DNA of 64,000 bases from Vezdaea acicularis (Eukaryota), in contig JAPEUI010000008.1 in the NCBI GenBank assembly GCA_026025075.1, forward strand, positions 124,001-188,000. Direction: 5' to 3'. The notes under the pieces were generated by a model that had not been told where the DNA came from, did not search any database, and saw only the letters and a program-made list of their open reading frames with translations. Shown here in pieces: positions 36,187 through 49,709 of this stretch. Within the stretch, counting starts at the first letter, position 1. Each line of letters starts with the position of its first letter. Position numbers and translations under genes: made by a program.

Positions 36187-38127
36187 AGTCAATATATCTG
36201 GTCTACGGGGCGATCATGCAATGTTCGTGTATTGTGTGTAAACAGTATTTGATCGTTAGCCAGAAGCGCACGGATCATATGGCGGCGTCATTGATTGCAG
36301 GGCGTCGGAGGAATCGGGACGACGTAGGATTCGAATGCTGATCTGTGCGTCTGATGATGCAGGTGTCGATATTGCTGATTAGGTAGGCAACAGATATAGA
36401 AGTCGAAGAGAAAGGCTGAAAGCGCGCGGGTTTGCTTCTCAATTGGTGACGGAAATGGAGGTAGGGCGCAAGGCGCTCGAGGGAAGGGATTGTGAGTGAG
36501 CGTACGAGAGGGTCGTCAGCAGCTCGGAAGAAACAGAAGGTCGATCGTGACACTCTATCGCAAGGTTCTGAAACGAAGGACAAACCGGATATACCGTTCA
36601 GGAGAGAGATTGACAAGAGGCATGATAACGGACAAGATGTGTCTCTTGCTCGGAGAGGGCGTGACCGGGAGGACCGAGCACACACGACCGGGAAAGATCA
36701 AGGCGGCGAGATGGACAGAGTACGCCTGGAGGTATAGGGTTAGAGTGTGAGGGTTCCCCCCATGGCGACTTCAGTGCAAGCGCAAGAGCTGGGGCAGCGT
36801 GATGAGACGATAGCGTACGCCATCCAGGCATGACATGCCACGGCGCAACAGAGAGCAGAGCGGACAGTCCGGGGTCAACACGATGATCGTAATTCGAGGA
36901 GAGGGGCGTCGAGGTCGGGGCCAGAGCGAAATGGGAAACGCAGCAGACGGTGTGCAGCCGACAAAGCCGATGGCCGAGTAGTCCACGCAGGGTTGCCGCA
37001 CGTTTCGGGTTCCTCTCTGTGGCGCCTCTTTGCTTTTGGGGGTGATCGGCCCCCGATCAACCCCAGCTTTCGCTCTTTACTGTGCAGTGAAGCGGAAAGG
37101 CAAGCAGCAAGCAGCAAAATCGATATCGATTTCGGAAAAGCACAGCGCTCTTGTCTTGATGACGTACTGGAACCCTCTCCGATGTCTATTGATTCACCCT
37201 GTCCGAGCTTGGCCAGAGAGAAGGCCGACATGCTCGACATGATTGATCAATGGATACGACGGTGGAACAGGCGATCGCCCGTTTGGTTGCTGGTGGGGGG
37301 CGACCTCTCGCTTTCGCCCATCCGCTCAGGGGTTCTGTCTGCCGAAGTCCTCGACTAATTTCCACTCCGAACCGTCACACCGGAACCGAGAGGGGAAATC
37401 GCGGGATGTGAAGGGCACAGCGCCCAATCAGCGGCCAGAGAATAAAAAGATGCCGCCGAATCAGCGGAATTGTCTTAAACCCATCGAGTCAAGCGGTCGG
37501 CGAGTGATGCAACTTCGGTCACAATCACAGCGCTCCAGGGGAAGTTGCAGCCTCAACGAGGGACAGGACGAATGCGAGGACGAGCGTGTGACATTGGAGA
37601 ACGCCTCGTTGCTGAGCAATCCTTCGGCAGTTGACGAAAGGTTAGGGTAAGGGTATCGCCGACCAGCTCACTGTCGAGGCTCGAAAATAAAGGAGCGGAA
37701 GGATGAGGCGCGACGGTCACTGGCCCCTATCTGTTCTTCTCTCGATGGCGGTGACCTCAAGAGACTTGGCAGTCTCCGATCGAGGAGAACCCCGTTGAAT
37801 GATATTGTGCCCGACTCAATGAACGAGGGTGGGAAGGCGAGTGCAGTATGAGGGATGATACATGTTGATCACTTTGTGTGATATCCTGTGGCTGTTGTGT
37901 CACCTGATACTCCAGGTCGGCGTCGGGCGTGATCGCTACCGGATCGCTCGCCTAAGGATCGACGTCACAAGACAGGTCCGGCGACTCACTTTCCCCGTTC
38001 CGGCAATCCTCTGTTCGTTGCTCCTCATTCAGGCACCGCTCAACCCTCATCCTTCTCACCTATTCTTACCTCCTGCAATATCCTCATCTTCGCAACTCTG
38101 CGATATTGCGACTCACAGCTTGTCATC

Positions 38128-39223
38128 ATGGCACCCGACATCAACTCACTTCCCCCTTCACCCTCACCTCGTGCCAGTAACGTTTCTCTACAAGCAGCCG
38201 CCACCATGAATGCCCAGCTCCAATCCGAATCCTCCCGCCGTAACTCCAACAGCTCTCAGCTCGGCCGCAACCCGCCCAACCCAGCCATTCCTCCTTCACC
38301 TCAAGCAATGCGTGCCGAACGCCGCCGCTCGAGCGTCCTCATGAACCTGTCCATCAACGACCCCGCCATCCCCGGCCCCGGCGAGATGCAACCCGGAGAG
38401 GGCCGAGCGGGGATCTTTGGGAGTATAAGTCCTGGCTCTTTGGGAGGCAGCCCCGTGATAGCACAGGGAGATCCACATCATCAGCGAGCCCCAAGCCTGG
38501 GAGAGATTCACCAGGAGATTGAGCAGGAGCAGGAAGCTCAAGTAGTAAGTTTGTCCTTCCCCTCGTGTACTTGGCCATGACTGCTTCTTCTTCCCTCTTT
38601 CTTCGCAAACACCAAAGCTGACCCCTACACCCAAACAGAACCGCCTCCTCCAAATGATCCGCCAGCAACAACACCAACTCAACCTCCTCCAATCCGCCTC
38701 CGGTACCGCCCCGCCCCCCGCCATCGACGACAGCACCCCCACCTCAGAGCGCTCCCTCTCCTTCCCACCCCCACCAACCGCCCCAATCCCTCACTCCACC
38801 TCCTCCATCCCCCGCACCCGCTCCCCCGGCCTCCCCAATCGTCCTTCAAGCACCTCCCAATCATCCATCTCCGCCATCCGCTCCCTCTCCCGCGAGTCCT
38901 CGCGCCGCTCCCGCCGCTCAAGTCGCGGTCCCTCCTCACCCGCCCCTCGCGCGACATCCACATCCATCGGCCTCGGCGACGACACCGCCTGGGCCCTCCC
39001 CGCCCAGGGCAGAGACGAAGCCGCCTTCTACCAGGCCGAGACCCAGATGCTGGTCAGAGAGAACCAGATGCTGAAGCTCCGGATTCGCGAGTTGGAGAGG
39101 TTGGTCGCAGAGGGTCGGGAGGGATCTGGTTCGGCGGAGCCCACTACGCCATCGAATTTGGTCAGTGCAACGCCCCTGCGAGAAAGTGAGCAGGGGCCTG
39201 AGGCGAAGGAGAGTGCGGCGTAG
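38128..39223 (+). CDS. Fungal hypothetical protein with two short coiled coils
   Basis: Intron 38545-38638 joins GEIHQEIEQEQEAQV|NRLLQMIR; later DEAAFYQAETQMLVRENQMLKLRIRELE. Confidence 0.85.
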
Positions 39224-39820
39224 GGAAAGGAGCATAGACGTTTTTTTGGTTTTTCGTCCGAGATCTGACATGGTTGAGAAGCTGGAGGTCTGTTGTCTGT
39301 CTGTCATTCTCTTCTCCTCCTTTCTTTACTTTTTTAGTCTTTTTTTTGGGACAATAGCATTGCGCTGGGCTTTCGGAGAGGGGTGCGCTACTGCATGACC
39401 CGGGCATTCATACCAAAATCGCGTCACCGATAACGTTGAATTGAAACATTCATTCCTTTTTCTCCCACTGAAACCAAGTTAAACATGCACACCCCGCCTT
39501 ACTGCTTTCCCACCGCTCACACGCATCACAACACGCGGTGCGGCATGAAACCACCGAGAATAGTTTCTCAAGATCGATTGAAAACGCCACCGCAGTGCCC
39601 CCACTCATGCATATTTCTAGAAAAACGTCCGGGATTATGTGACACATCTGATTCCGCCCCCCCTGCCGCTCCACTCCCCCAATTACACCTCCCGGGGATA
39701 CCCCCTTGTGATGTTCGTATGATACAGGTCCCACCAACCGCGGAGACACCGGTAGGTGGTAGATACAGTGTACCCTCTCTGACGCTTCTCCCGTCTTCAA
39801 AGGTTTGACCTATCCGATCC

Positions 39821-40997
39821 CTACTCGTCCTCCACTTCCTCGATCCTTGGTTTCATATCGCGGGCGCTCAAGGCGGTTCTCGCGGGAGGCGCAGTGCCAG
39901 ACGAGGCGGCGGTGGTATGGGAGTTTTTGTCGGATTTCGAGGAGGTGCTCTTCTTCCCCGCTTTTTTGGATTTCTTGGTTTTCTCCTGTTACACGGGCAT
40001 ACACGCCGGTCAGTCACGCTGTTCTCGAGCGACGCCAAAGACAAGAACCGCAAAAAGAGGAGGGGGGGGGAAAGGAACTCACCTCCTGCCAGCCCCACAC
40101 AGGCCGAAAACTGTCAAAGAAGCCGACATCCTCGAATAAATTCGGATAGAGCCAAAGACCGCGCTCGCAGACGCCGAGACTGCAGACGAAGAGGATGAGG
40201 CGGACGACGGCCATGGCGAGGAAGGCGACGACGAGGAAGAGCATGCCCATGCTGAGATACCAGACGCCGAGGCGGAGCTTCATGGGCCAGAGGGGGAAGA
40301 GGACGAGGGCGAGGATGATGGAGATGGCAGCGAGGGCGTAGAGCTTGGTTTTCCATTGCGGGCCTTCGTATAGCCAGACGTAGTGTAGGTCAGCGGACAC
40401 GTCTTGTTGCTGCTCGATCTTGACCGTCCACAGGCCCTTGACTTTTTTGGGCTTCTTCTCCGCTTGTCCGGCCGCGTGGGCGTGGCCTTCGTGTGGGTCG
40501 GCTTTGGAGACTCTCAGCGCTAAGAGGGACAGTGGGAGCAGCTTGAATGCGGTTTCGGCGGAGGCGTCGTCCGTGACGGCTGGGAGGTCGGGGGTTTTCT
40601 TGCGTGCGGCAGCGTAGGCGGGGGATTGGAGGGAGCGTAGGGCGCGCTTCACTTTGAACATGTCCTTGCGCTGGCCGTTAAGGATGCAGGAGCGGCTCTT
40701 CAGGTCTTGGGAGCGCAGGAATGCGGCGACGGCGATGGCGGAGGGGTTGGGCGGGCCAGGGTTGATCGGGACTTGTTGCTGGACTTGCTGAGGGCCATGA
40801 TCGTGTGTGTGGGGCTGGATACCTGGTATGGAGCCGCCAGCCTGTTGGGCGGCGCGCTGTTGCATGGCTTGTGCTTTGAGCTGCTCGACGTAGGCTTGTA
40901 CGCTGATGCCACGCTTTTTTGCCTCGAGCGCAAGTTGGGCTTGCATGGCGGCGATTTGTTGGGGGGTCGGCATCTGGCCGGGAGATGGGGCCTGCAT
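39821..40997 (-). CDS. SEC62: ER translocation protein Sec62
   Basis: ILNGQRKDMFKVKRALR, HYVWLYEGPQWK, two TM helices, GLWLYPNLFEDVGFFDSFRPVWGW; intron 39986-40082. Confidence 0.95.
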
Positions 40998-41237
40998 GCT
41001 GAATGTATGCGAAGGGTGTGTGACGAGGGGGGATGTTGTGATGGGGAATGAAGTTGTTGATGAGGGGCGTCTGATGCTGCTGCTACTGCGGCGGGCGATA
41101 GAAAGGACAGGTGGAAAAAGGTCGCGGATTTTTTTATCGGTGCGGCTCGTCCCCCCTCCAGGGGCTTGGTTTAGCGATAGTCCGCTAGGAGAAACCGCAA
41201 AAAGCCACGGCCACGAAGCTGAGCGGCGGCGTACCAA

Positions 41238-41429
41238 TTATCGCACGGCGTCTGAGGGCCAACCGACGGACTGGAGGTATTGCCGGTGTCGCCGCTGGGT
41301 GGTTCGTCGACGGTAGGCACGGGCGTGCCAGAGGATGTGACAGGAGTAGGTGAGGATGATGCCGGCGACGAGACCGAGGGCCACTTGGAGCAGGCTGAGG
41401 AAGATGTCGCCAGTGCTTATGAGGGTCAT
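41238..41429 (-). CDS. Candidate 63-aa single-pass membrane microprotein
   Basis: ATG with A at -3; hydrophobic IFLSLLQVALGLVAGIILTYSC followed by an Arg-rich stretch; strongly C-ending codons. Confidence 0.55.
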   Translation of the reverse strand: MTLISTGDIFLSLLQVALGLVAGIILTYSCHILWHARAYRRRTTQRRHRQYLQSVGWPSDAVR

Positions 41430-42194
41430 TCTCTTGGGTCAGTAGGGAGGAGAAACGAACGATGATAGTGGAGGATGAGGAGAATGCTGGACTTTTGGAC
41501 GTGGGTTTTACTTTACGTCAGGGCAGACCCCAGGCATGGGAATCAGATGCACCACCTGCTTGTCGCAGGTGCAGCAGCTTGCCGATACTCTACGTCGTAT
41601 ACACACACCGCAGAAGAGCTCGTGCGACTTCTGGGAAAGGCTATCAGCGTCAAGAGATGAATACTCTTGAGTTTGACGAAATTGGCAAGTTTGAGAGGAA
41701 GAACGCATGGTCGGCGCAGTCACATGGACTTTGATTATCCTCAAGGTAGGTTGTCAAGAGACATTATCTTCGCAGTCTTCAGGGCCTATCAACCGGAATG
41801 CGGAGAGATTAACAGCCATCGCCTTTGATCTCCAGCTTCTGCCGGCATAGCTCCGATTATAACTGACATTTTACTTCAAGCAAAATGTCCTCAAATAAAC
41901 TCTGTAACGGCGGTTTCACGTCATGGCACGGATTGTCGTGTGTTCCAAGCGGGTCCTTCGCATGCGCCAAATTCACGGTCTCGTCTTACCGCTGGTTGCT
42001 GGGTCAACCCAACGTCTATTGACGAGACGCCGCTTATCCTCCGAGCTTGAGCCTCTTCACCGCATTCCTCAACAGAGCTCCACCACCTCGACTGTCTCAA
42101 AGCTTGGGCATTTTTTTGGGAATTCCCATTCTTTCACTTTCAGCTTGGTCATTCTTTGTTAGATCTGCTACTTTCCTCAAGTCGTCGCTGCGCA

Positions 42195-43947
42195 ATGGGC
42201 GTCGATCCTCCCTTTCTCTACGACCCGCCTTCCCGGTACAGCAATCCGTACGTCTATAACCCAAAGGCCGTTACTCAAGCAAGCTATGCGCCGAGACCAG
42301 AAAGGCCGAAGCAGGAAGGTCCACTGGTCAACTTCAATCGTCATCCAGATAGCTACCTCATCTTGCCGTATGGAAATACGGACGCAAAGCAAATGAGCCC
42401 GAGGACGAAAGGGAAGGTTAAGTATACGAGATGGGTCTTGCAATTCTTCCGTTTATGTCAGCTACTTGGTGCTATAGGTCTGCTCATCTGTGCAATTTGT
42501 GTAAGAGGAGTCGATGGATCTGTTGGATGGATGATACGAGTTCCTGTAGGTCCAGAGTTTGAACCAAGAAGCCTCCCTGTCCACTTTCTAACAATATCCC
42601 TAGGCCGCCGTCGCAATTGTACACGAACTTTATGCCATCTATCACCTCTGCCGTAGATCTTCAGCGCGTACCCCGGCTTCCACTGCTAGCTACATGCTCT
42701 TTGCGGCTGCTACCGATGTCGGCTTGGTCCCATTCTATATATTCGCCGCTCTGGTAAGTGGCACGGAGCAGAGTGTGCGAGTTGACAACCCTTCGGCGGC
42801 TACGTGGAGGAGCGTCTTCAACAACGAGGTCTCACCAACGGATGAGCCTACATCGAAGATTATACATTCTCTGTACCTCCTTGGCATCACGAATGCGGGA
42901 ATGCACGTCGTGTCGCTCCTCATCTGCATCTATCTCGCAGTTATTTTCCGCCAGATCGACATGCTTCCTCCTGATATGAACCCGTTGGAATCAAATCTGA
43001 CCTCAAGGCACAAGAAGAAGAACTCCTCCATCTCCGAAAAGCACATGAGCACTTCCACGACGGGTACATCGTTCACTGGGCCAATGGGTGCTAAGCGCGA
43101 TTCAAAAGTGGATGACCCCCTTCTCACCCCTCCCAGAACAATCCCATTCATGCACACGCGCACAAACTCCACGGAAAGCTTCTCCAACCCGAACAGCCCG
43201 CGGCACTCCCGTGCAGATCTTCCTTCGCAACTCTTACACCAAAAGCGCGCCTCGCAAGCCTCCCTGTCAAGAGCTCGGCCTTCGCCCACAAAACGGGCCT
43301 CAGTCTTCACTGAGTCCGCATCCATCACGGGCCGCTATGGTAACGAGTCTCCTAAGAAGCATGGCTCGCTCTTGACAGACAATTGGTACGTCCACGTACC
43401 GATGACAGCGGATGACGAAGTGGACGAGTTCCACGAGGAAGACATAGGCACAACGAACCTGCAAGCCCAGCGCCGCATGCCCTCGGACGTCTCTTCTCTC
43501 ACACCTGCGGATCACATGCACGCTTCGCGAGCCGATGCCTACGAGCCTCTCCCGCAATTGTACGACAACGACGCAAGCTTGCTCCCCCACCCCCTAGCGA
43601 TGAACCCGCCCACGCCCCAACCAGAAACGCAGCAACAACTAGAGAATACAAAGCGCACCCTCACCCCCGGAAGCGGCAACAGGGCTCCCACTCCTAAAGC
43701 CAAGGCCTATGGCGACCTAAAGCCCGGCACGCCACCCATCATGGTCGGGCGCTCGAAAGGCACGGCAGTCGACCTACCGATGGAGAGCACGCGCGTCGTC
43801 AGCTCCGGCCGAGACTGGAAAGACGAGCTGAATAGGGACAACGGCACGGTCATCAAAAAGCGAGAAGTTAGTGGTAAGCTCGTGGAAGAAGGTCGAGCTG
43901 GATGGAGCGGCTGGAGGAAGGGCAGTCGTGGCTGGAAACGCACTTGA
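42195..43947 (+). CDS. Fungal four-TM membrane protein with disordered C-terminal tail
   Basis: ATG 42195, intron 42546-42603; about four hydrophobic segments followed by LPPDMNPLESNLTSR. Confidence 0.85.
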
Positions 43948-44542
43948 TGTATCTTCTTTTCGGGGCTTTGCTGTGTATGGATGGGAGATGTATAAGGGAA
44001 GGGATCTGGGTTCATTTGCTTTTCTGGGAGTTCGGCAAGGGGGGCTTTGAGGCGTATGTTTAGCTATAACATACGGAATGCATCTCTTTGGCAGGTCCTG
44101 GCATTTTCGATATCGGCATGACTCTGAATCTGATGGCTCGTACGAGCGAAGCTGTAAGGTCGTTTTACAGCATGTGAGAGCCACTATACCGCCCTTTTCC
44201 CTTGCTTCTTACTATATCCATGTGAGCCCCAGAAGATGTAGGTTCGCCAAGTTAAGCAAGGAAACGGGTAGTGTTGCAATTAACAAATCACGAAACGTGA
44301 AATACTTCAGCCCATCAATAAAAGGGTGGGTGTCCAAGGGTTGCACGTGTGGATGATTGCTACGCTTCGAACGTCCAGATATCATTCTAAAAGGGGGCGA
44401 CCTAGAATAGCACACACAAGGAATATAGATGCAGCAAACGCGCTTCAGTTGTGCTTCCCAAACCGGACGTAACAGCAACCAACAGCCCACCGCGCTCAGT
44501 ATCCCCGACCAACGCCGCGCAATGCCGCCAAGGGAGGTTCCG

Positions 44543-46085
44543 TTACGAAGCAAAGACTCGCACATTTAGATCGACGCTTCCGGTCGCGATGACACACCGA
44601 ATATTGACCTTGCCCCCGGGATCGTCCTTTTTACCCGCGACGCCGTTAACGGCGGTGTTGCCATTCACGTTGCCATTTGTGGGCGGCGGGGGGGCTTCTT
44701 TGAGAATGCCGGGCGCCCAACGGATGCAGCTGACGAAGTGGCCGTGGGCGTCGTCGAGGGTCTTGACACATTTGCCCTCCTGCGCGAGGTCCCAGCAGCG
44801 GATAGTCTTGTCGTCGCTGATGCTGAGGAGGTACTTCCCGCCGGGGTGGAAGACGAGGCCGCGCACCCAGTTGTCGTGCCCAACTAGCGTCTTGATGAGC
44901 GTGCCGCGGGTGTCCCATAGCTTGATGCTCTTGTCGCGTGAGCCGGTGGCGATGAACTCCGCTGAGCTGGTGGCGGGAGGGGGTTTCTTCAGGCCGGCGA
45001 GCGTTGCGAGGTGCGTGTATGTGGCGGGAGGGGCGATGGTGCAGCATTCGATGACATGCTCGTGGCCAAGGAAGGTCGATTTGGCTTCACCGCTGCTGGC
45101 GTCCCATAGCCGCGCGGTTTGGTCGTTGCCGGCGGAGAGGAGCCAGCGCCCGTCGTATGAGGGGAATACGTCGCGGACCCAGTCGGCGTGGCCGCGGAGG
45201 GTTTTGACGCAGTAGCCTGTTGACACGTCCCATATTCGGATCGTCTTGTCTCGCGATGTGGAGACGAGCAGGTTGCCTGTCGAGGGGGAGCCGGCGGCGC
45301 CGCTGGAGACGAAGCGCACGGCGGATACAGAGTGGTCATGTCCGGGTAGTGTTCGTATGTTTTTATACTCTTCGCTCGGATCCCAAAGCTTGATTGTGAG
45401 GTCGCTCGAGCATGACGCTAGAAGTGTGCCACCTTTAGGCCCACCGAAATCCACGTCTAACACTGCTTTTGTATGCCCCTTGACTGTCCTCTCGAGCTCT
45501 CCAAGCTCCCAGTCCCAGATCTTGATAGTAGTATCCTCCGATCCCGAAGCAAGGGACGAGAAGACAGGATGAAAAGCAACACATGTGATTGGCAGTCTGT
45601 GCGATTGTAATGTATGTCTTGCTGGTGACCTTGGAAGCCATGTCGCTGGGTCTTGATTTCTTCGTGAGAGGGATGTAGGTGTTGCGGAGTCTAGTTCGCT
45701 CTGGAGAGTTGCGTTTCGCGATTCAAGGTCCATTATCTGCGAGACTGTCAGCATCGCTGGAACTCTAGGCTGTCCTGGGCAGTTAGGATATTCACCTTCT
45801 TTTGCAGGCGGACGACACTCGTCCATTTCTTCTCAAGTAATCCTTCGTATTTCTTACTCGTAGCTTCGTCAAACTTATCACCAATAGCTAGTTCTTGCCG
45901 TAAGGCAGCAGCGCTTTGTGGTAGATTGACAGCATTGAGGTATGCTATCATCGCTTTGTGCCTTCAAGTCTGTCAGCGCTCACCTCAAGGGTCGAGACCA
46001 GTTGTGATGCCGCAGAAATAAGGGGTCGACGAGACGGGGGAACTGACAGCTCTTCCGCCTGCCGCGAAGTGAGGAACTGGCTCAT
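44543..46085 (-). CDS. PAC1: LIS1/NudF/Pac1 dynein regulator (LisH + WD40)
   Basis: [21 protein letters not shown] (LisH), [21 protein letters not shown], multiple WD40 repeats. Introns 45962-46047 and 45737-45795. Confidence 0.96.
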
Positions 46086-46976
46086 TTCGGGGCTGGCGCA
46101 CACATGTGTGTCCGCCGCTCCCTTCGACCAGGCTCAGCAAGATCCTAGGCTGTTGAAACTGGTTGGAGGATCCTTCTAAGAGCCACTTAAAAGCCCACGA
46201 ACCAAGGGGCAGGAAGCGATGGTAAATATCGACGGAGGTCCGAAGGCGTTAAACTGCAAGATGCTATGAGGAAACGCTAAGCTATTGGCAGGCTTTCAAA
46301 TGCGTGGAGGATTAGACTTTTATATAGCAACTCAACGCATTTGCAATAGAAGATACTAGATGACTGCTTCCTTTGAAATTGTGTCTAGCAAGTGTCTAGT
46401 GATCATTGTTTTGGCGGGGAGCTCTTTCCACCTATTCTTCGCTAAAATGCGTGTAAAGTCGCGAGCCTTGGCGCTGCACCAGGTCCAAGCGAATGTTTTT
46501 CCTGGGCCCACCGCATCCCCGTCTGATCACTTCGCCAACAGGGATTGTTGACAAGTGCGAATTCTGTGTAACTGCACCCATCAACACCGCTCTCTGCTGC
46601 ACAGCTCGAATAGTCGCCACTGCACAGCTCCGATAATCTGGAATAGCTACAGGCTCTTCCTTTAGATCAAGGAGTGCGCTTTCTTGCCGCGGAAGGCTAA
46701 AATCAACTTATAAGTGACCGATGAGATTCAAGTGGAAGACTTCACAAGCGACGTATCGCTTTTTATAACTCACCTCTACGAAGCCTCCAATAATCTTATA
46801 TAGGTACGTGTACATTTCCTCTCAGATATCATATCGTGCGGTATAGTAGGGATCATCTGTGGCCGTGAGGATCGTTCATCGCTGCACATACCTCTCTGGC
46901 CCCTCAACCAACATAAAACTGACAGTGGAAGTTAGATAACCCTTTAAAGCTACAGCGCGCATAGCGAAACGCGAGG

Positions 46977-49709
46977 ATGGCTGATCAAGAAGAGGATTTC
47001 AGTTCGCTACCGCTCCCTGACAGGTTTGCTCATAAGATATGGAAGGTCCGGAAGCAAGCGTATGAAGATGCAGCGAAGGAATTTGAAAAGACTCCAGACG
47101 AGTCAGACCCAGCCTTTAAACCCTTTTTGCAAGACCCAAGTCTCTGGAAAGGCGCTGCCGCAGACTCAAATGTTGCTGCACAACAGGAGGGTATTGCTGC
47201 ACTTTGCTCATTCCTACAATATGGTGGACCGCAAGCTTGCACGAGGTAAGAACTACGCCCGCAACGAGACCAAATGCCAATAAACTAACTGCAATGGCTG
47301 GATAGGACTCGGAACCTTACCATCACCCCTCTTGTAGAGAAAGGCCTCTCTTCAACTCGTGCCGCGACAAAATCGAAGTCTATAGAGGCTCTCTTGCTGT
47401 ACATCGAATTAGATAAGCCCGAGCCAATTATCGAAGATCTCATCCCTCCCCTCTCACACAAACAACCGAAGATTATCGCTGCAACATTGACAGCCCTCAA
47501 CACAATCTATCATGCATATGGATGCAAGACGGTGGATCCGAAGCCGGTGCTAAAGGCACTGCCCAAGGTATTTGGCCATGCAGACAAGAACGTAAGGGCA
47601 GAAAGTCAGGCACTTGCTGTAGAGCTCTACAGATGGTTGAGGGAAGCAATGAAACCTATGTTTTGGAACGATTTGAAGCCGGTGCAACAACAGGATCTTG
47701 AAGCTCTTTTCGAAAAAGTCAAGGCAGAGCCACCCGCAAAGCAGGAGAGGTTCTTACGATCGCAACAGGCAGCCCAGGCGAAAGCAGCTCTCGCGGGCGA
47801 TCCTGAGGAGGCCGCAGAAGAGGAAGTGGTGGAAGAGCCGGAGCCTTTCGACCTAGCAGAACCGGTCGACATTACTTCTAAGGTCCCGAAGGATCTGCAC
47901 GAAAACCTGGCCTCCACAAAGTGGAAAGATCGCAAAGAAGCTCTAGACGGACTATATGCGGTGGCCAACGTTCCTCGAATAAAGGACGGCGACTTTGCCG
48001 AAATTGTTCGTGCTTTAGCCAAGTGCATGAAAGATGCGAACATTGCTGTCGTAACTGTAGCAGCAAATTGCGTGGACGTTATCGCCAGAGGACTACGGAA
48101 ATCTTTTTCAAAGTATAGGCAAATCATCATGTCTCCCATGATGGAGCGGCTGAAAGAGAAGAAACAATCGGTTGCAGATGCCTTGGGTCAAGCTTTGGAC
48201 GCTGTTTTCGCCTCCACCAGCTTAACGGACTGTTTGGAGGATATTTTGGAGTTTCTGAAGCATAAGAACCCCCAGGTGAAACTCGAATCATTACGATTTC
48301 TAATTCGATCACTGCGCACTACACGGGAGGTTCCAGCTAAGACTGAAGTTAAATCTATTTCAGATGCAACCACAAAACTGCTTACAGAATCAAGCGAGGT
48401 CCTACGGTCAGGGGCGGCGGAGGCGCTAGGAACCCTGATGAAGATTATGGGCGAGCGCGCCATGGGCCCTTACCTGGATGGCCTAGATGAGATCCGTAAA
48501 ACGAAAATCAAGGAATACTCTGACACAGCCGAAGTCAAGGCAAAGGATAAGCCGAAACCGCCACCTCCCGCTGCAGCGCCAAAGACAGCCCCAGGGAAGA
48601 AGACAGTAGCTAAAAGGCCGGCTTCTACGGTCAAGAAACCAGCGCCACCTCCGTCGATCTACGCCCAGGAACAGCCGGCCGCAGCACCTTTACAACCAAA
48701 GCCATCCTCAAGAAATATTCCTTCTAAGCTCGGCGGACCACCAAAGTCCGGACTAGCTACCCCAGGATCAGGTCTTAAGCTACAAAGGAAGCTTACTGGT
48801 CCTGGCGGAGCTCCCCCTCCAGACTCACCGAGACGACCACAGGCCGCAGCACCAATAGAAGAAGAACCTGCTCCGGCGGCGAAGTTCGGTCTGGGAGGTC
48901 GAGGCTTGGCTGGGCGACCCCTAGGTAAGCCTGCCGTGGTGGCGGCAGAGCCCGCGGCAGCGATTCAGCCTGCAGCTTCTGGCCTCGGAGCAGTGGAACG
49001 GGCCGAGCTTGAAGAACTGAGAGCCGAAAAAGAGCGGCTGCAGCGCACGAATGAAGATTTACGTGCCGAGCGATCGAAACTCAACTCTCAGATACATGAG
49101 CTTCATAACCAAAATGCTCAATTAATCGAAGATCACACGCGCGACGTTCTCAGCATCAAGGCTAAGGAAACTCAACTTGTACGAGCAAGGACAGACGCCG
49201 AGACTGCAGAGCAAGCGGTGCAGAAGCAGCAACGCGAGATAGATCGGCTTAAGAGAGAACTCAATCGCTCTGTGCGGCCGGCAAGCCCGGGACCACCTGA
49301 TGTTAGTGATCAGATATATCGCGATGCTGGCTTGAATCAAGAAACGATAAGAAGACCCGGCGGCTATGCGGCTGGTCTCAGTCGCAGCAATAATCGACTT
49401 TCGATGGCATCAAGCTTGAGCGAGGAGAAGGAGAACGGAAGTCTGGATGCCGCGTACAGAGGTTCAAAAATGTCACCCCCACTCAGTTCTGGTACCGCGA
49501 CTGGAGGACGGGGAAGCCCCGCCGGTGCAAGACAGAGTACTGATAGCGCCGGAGGAGCTGGCGAGGGAATAGAGAGCTGGAGGAGAGCCGCGGAGGTGAC
49601 CAGTGCCCTGAAGGCGCGAATTGAGCAGATGAAGGTAAAGACTCGCTCATACTGATGATAGGGCAATGCTAATCAAAGACAGGCGAGGCAAGGGATATCA
49701 CGGCAATAA
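46977..49709 (+). CDS. STU2: XMAP215/Dis1-family TOG microtubule polymerase (Stu2/Alp14/AlpA)
   Basis: DRFAHKIWKVRK (TOG1), STKWKDRKEAL (TOG2), coiled coil, WRRAAEVTSALKARIEQMK|ARQG. Introns 47246-47305 and 49635-49682. Confidence 0.95.

Noticed and set aside
40998..41237. N-terminal extension of the SEC62 ORF in the ORF track
   Set aside because: Starts at a non-ATG codon; the first ATG is at 40997. A non-AUG extension is unsupported.
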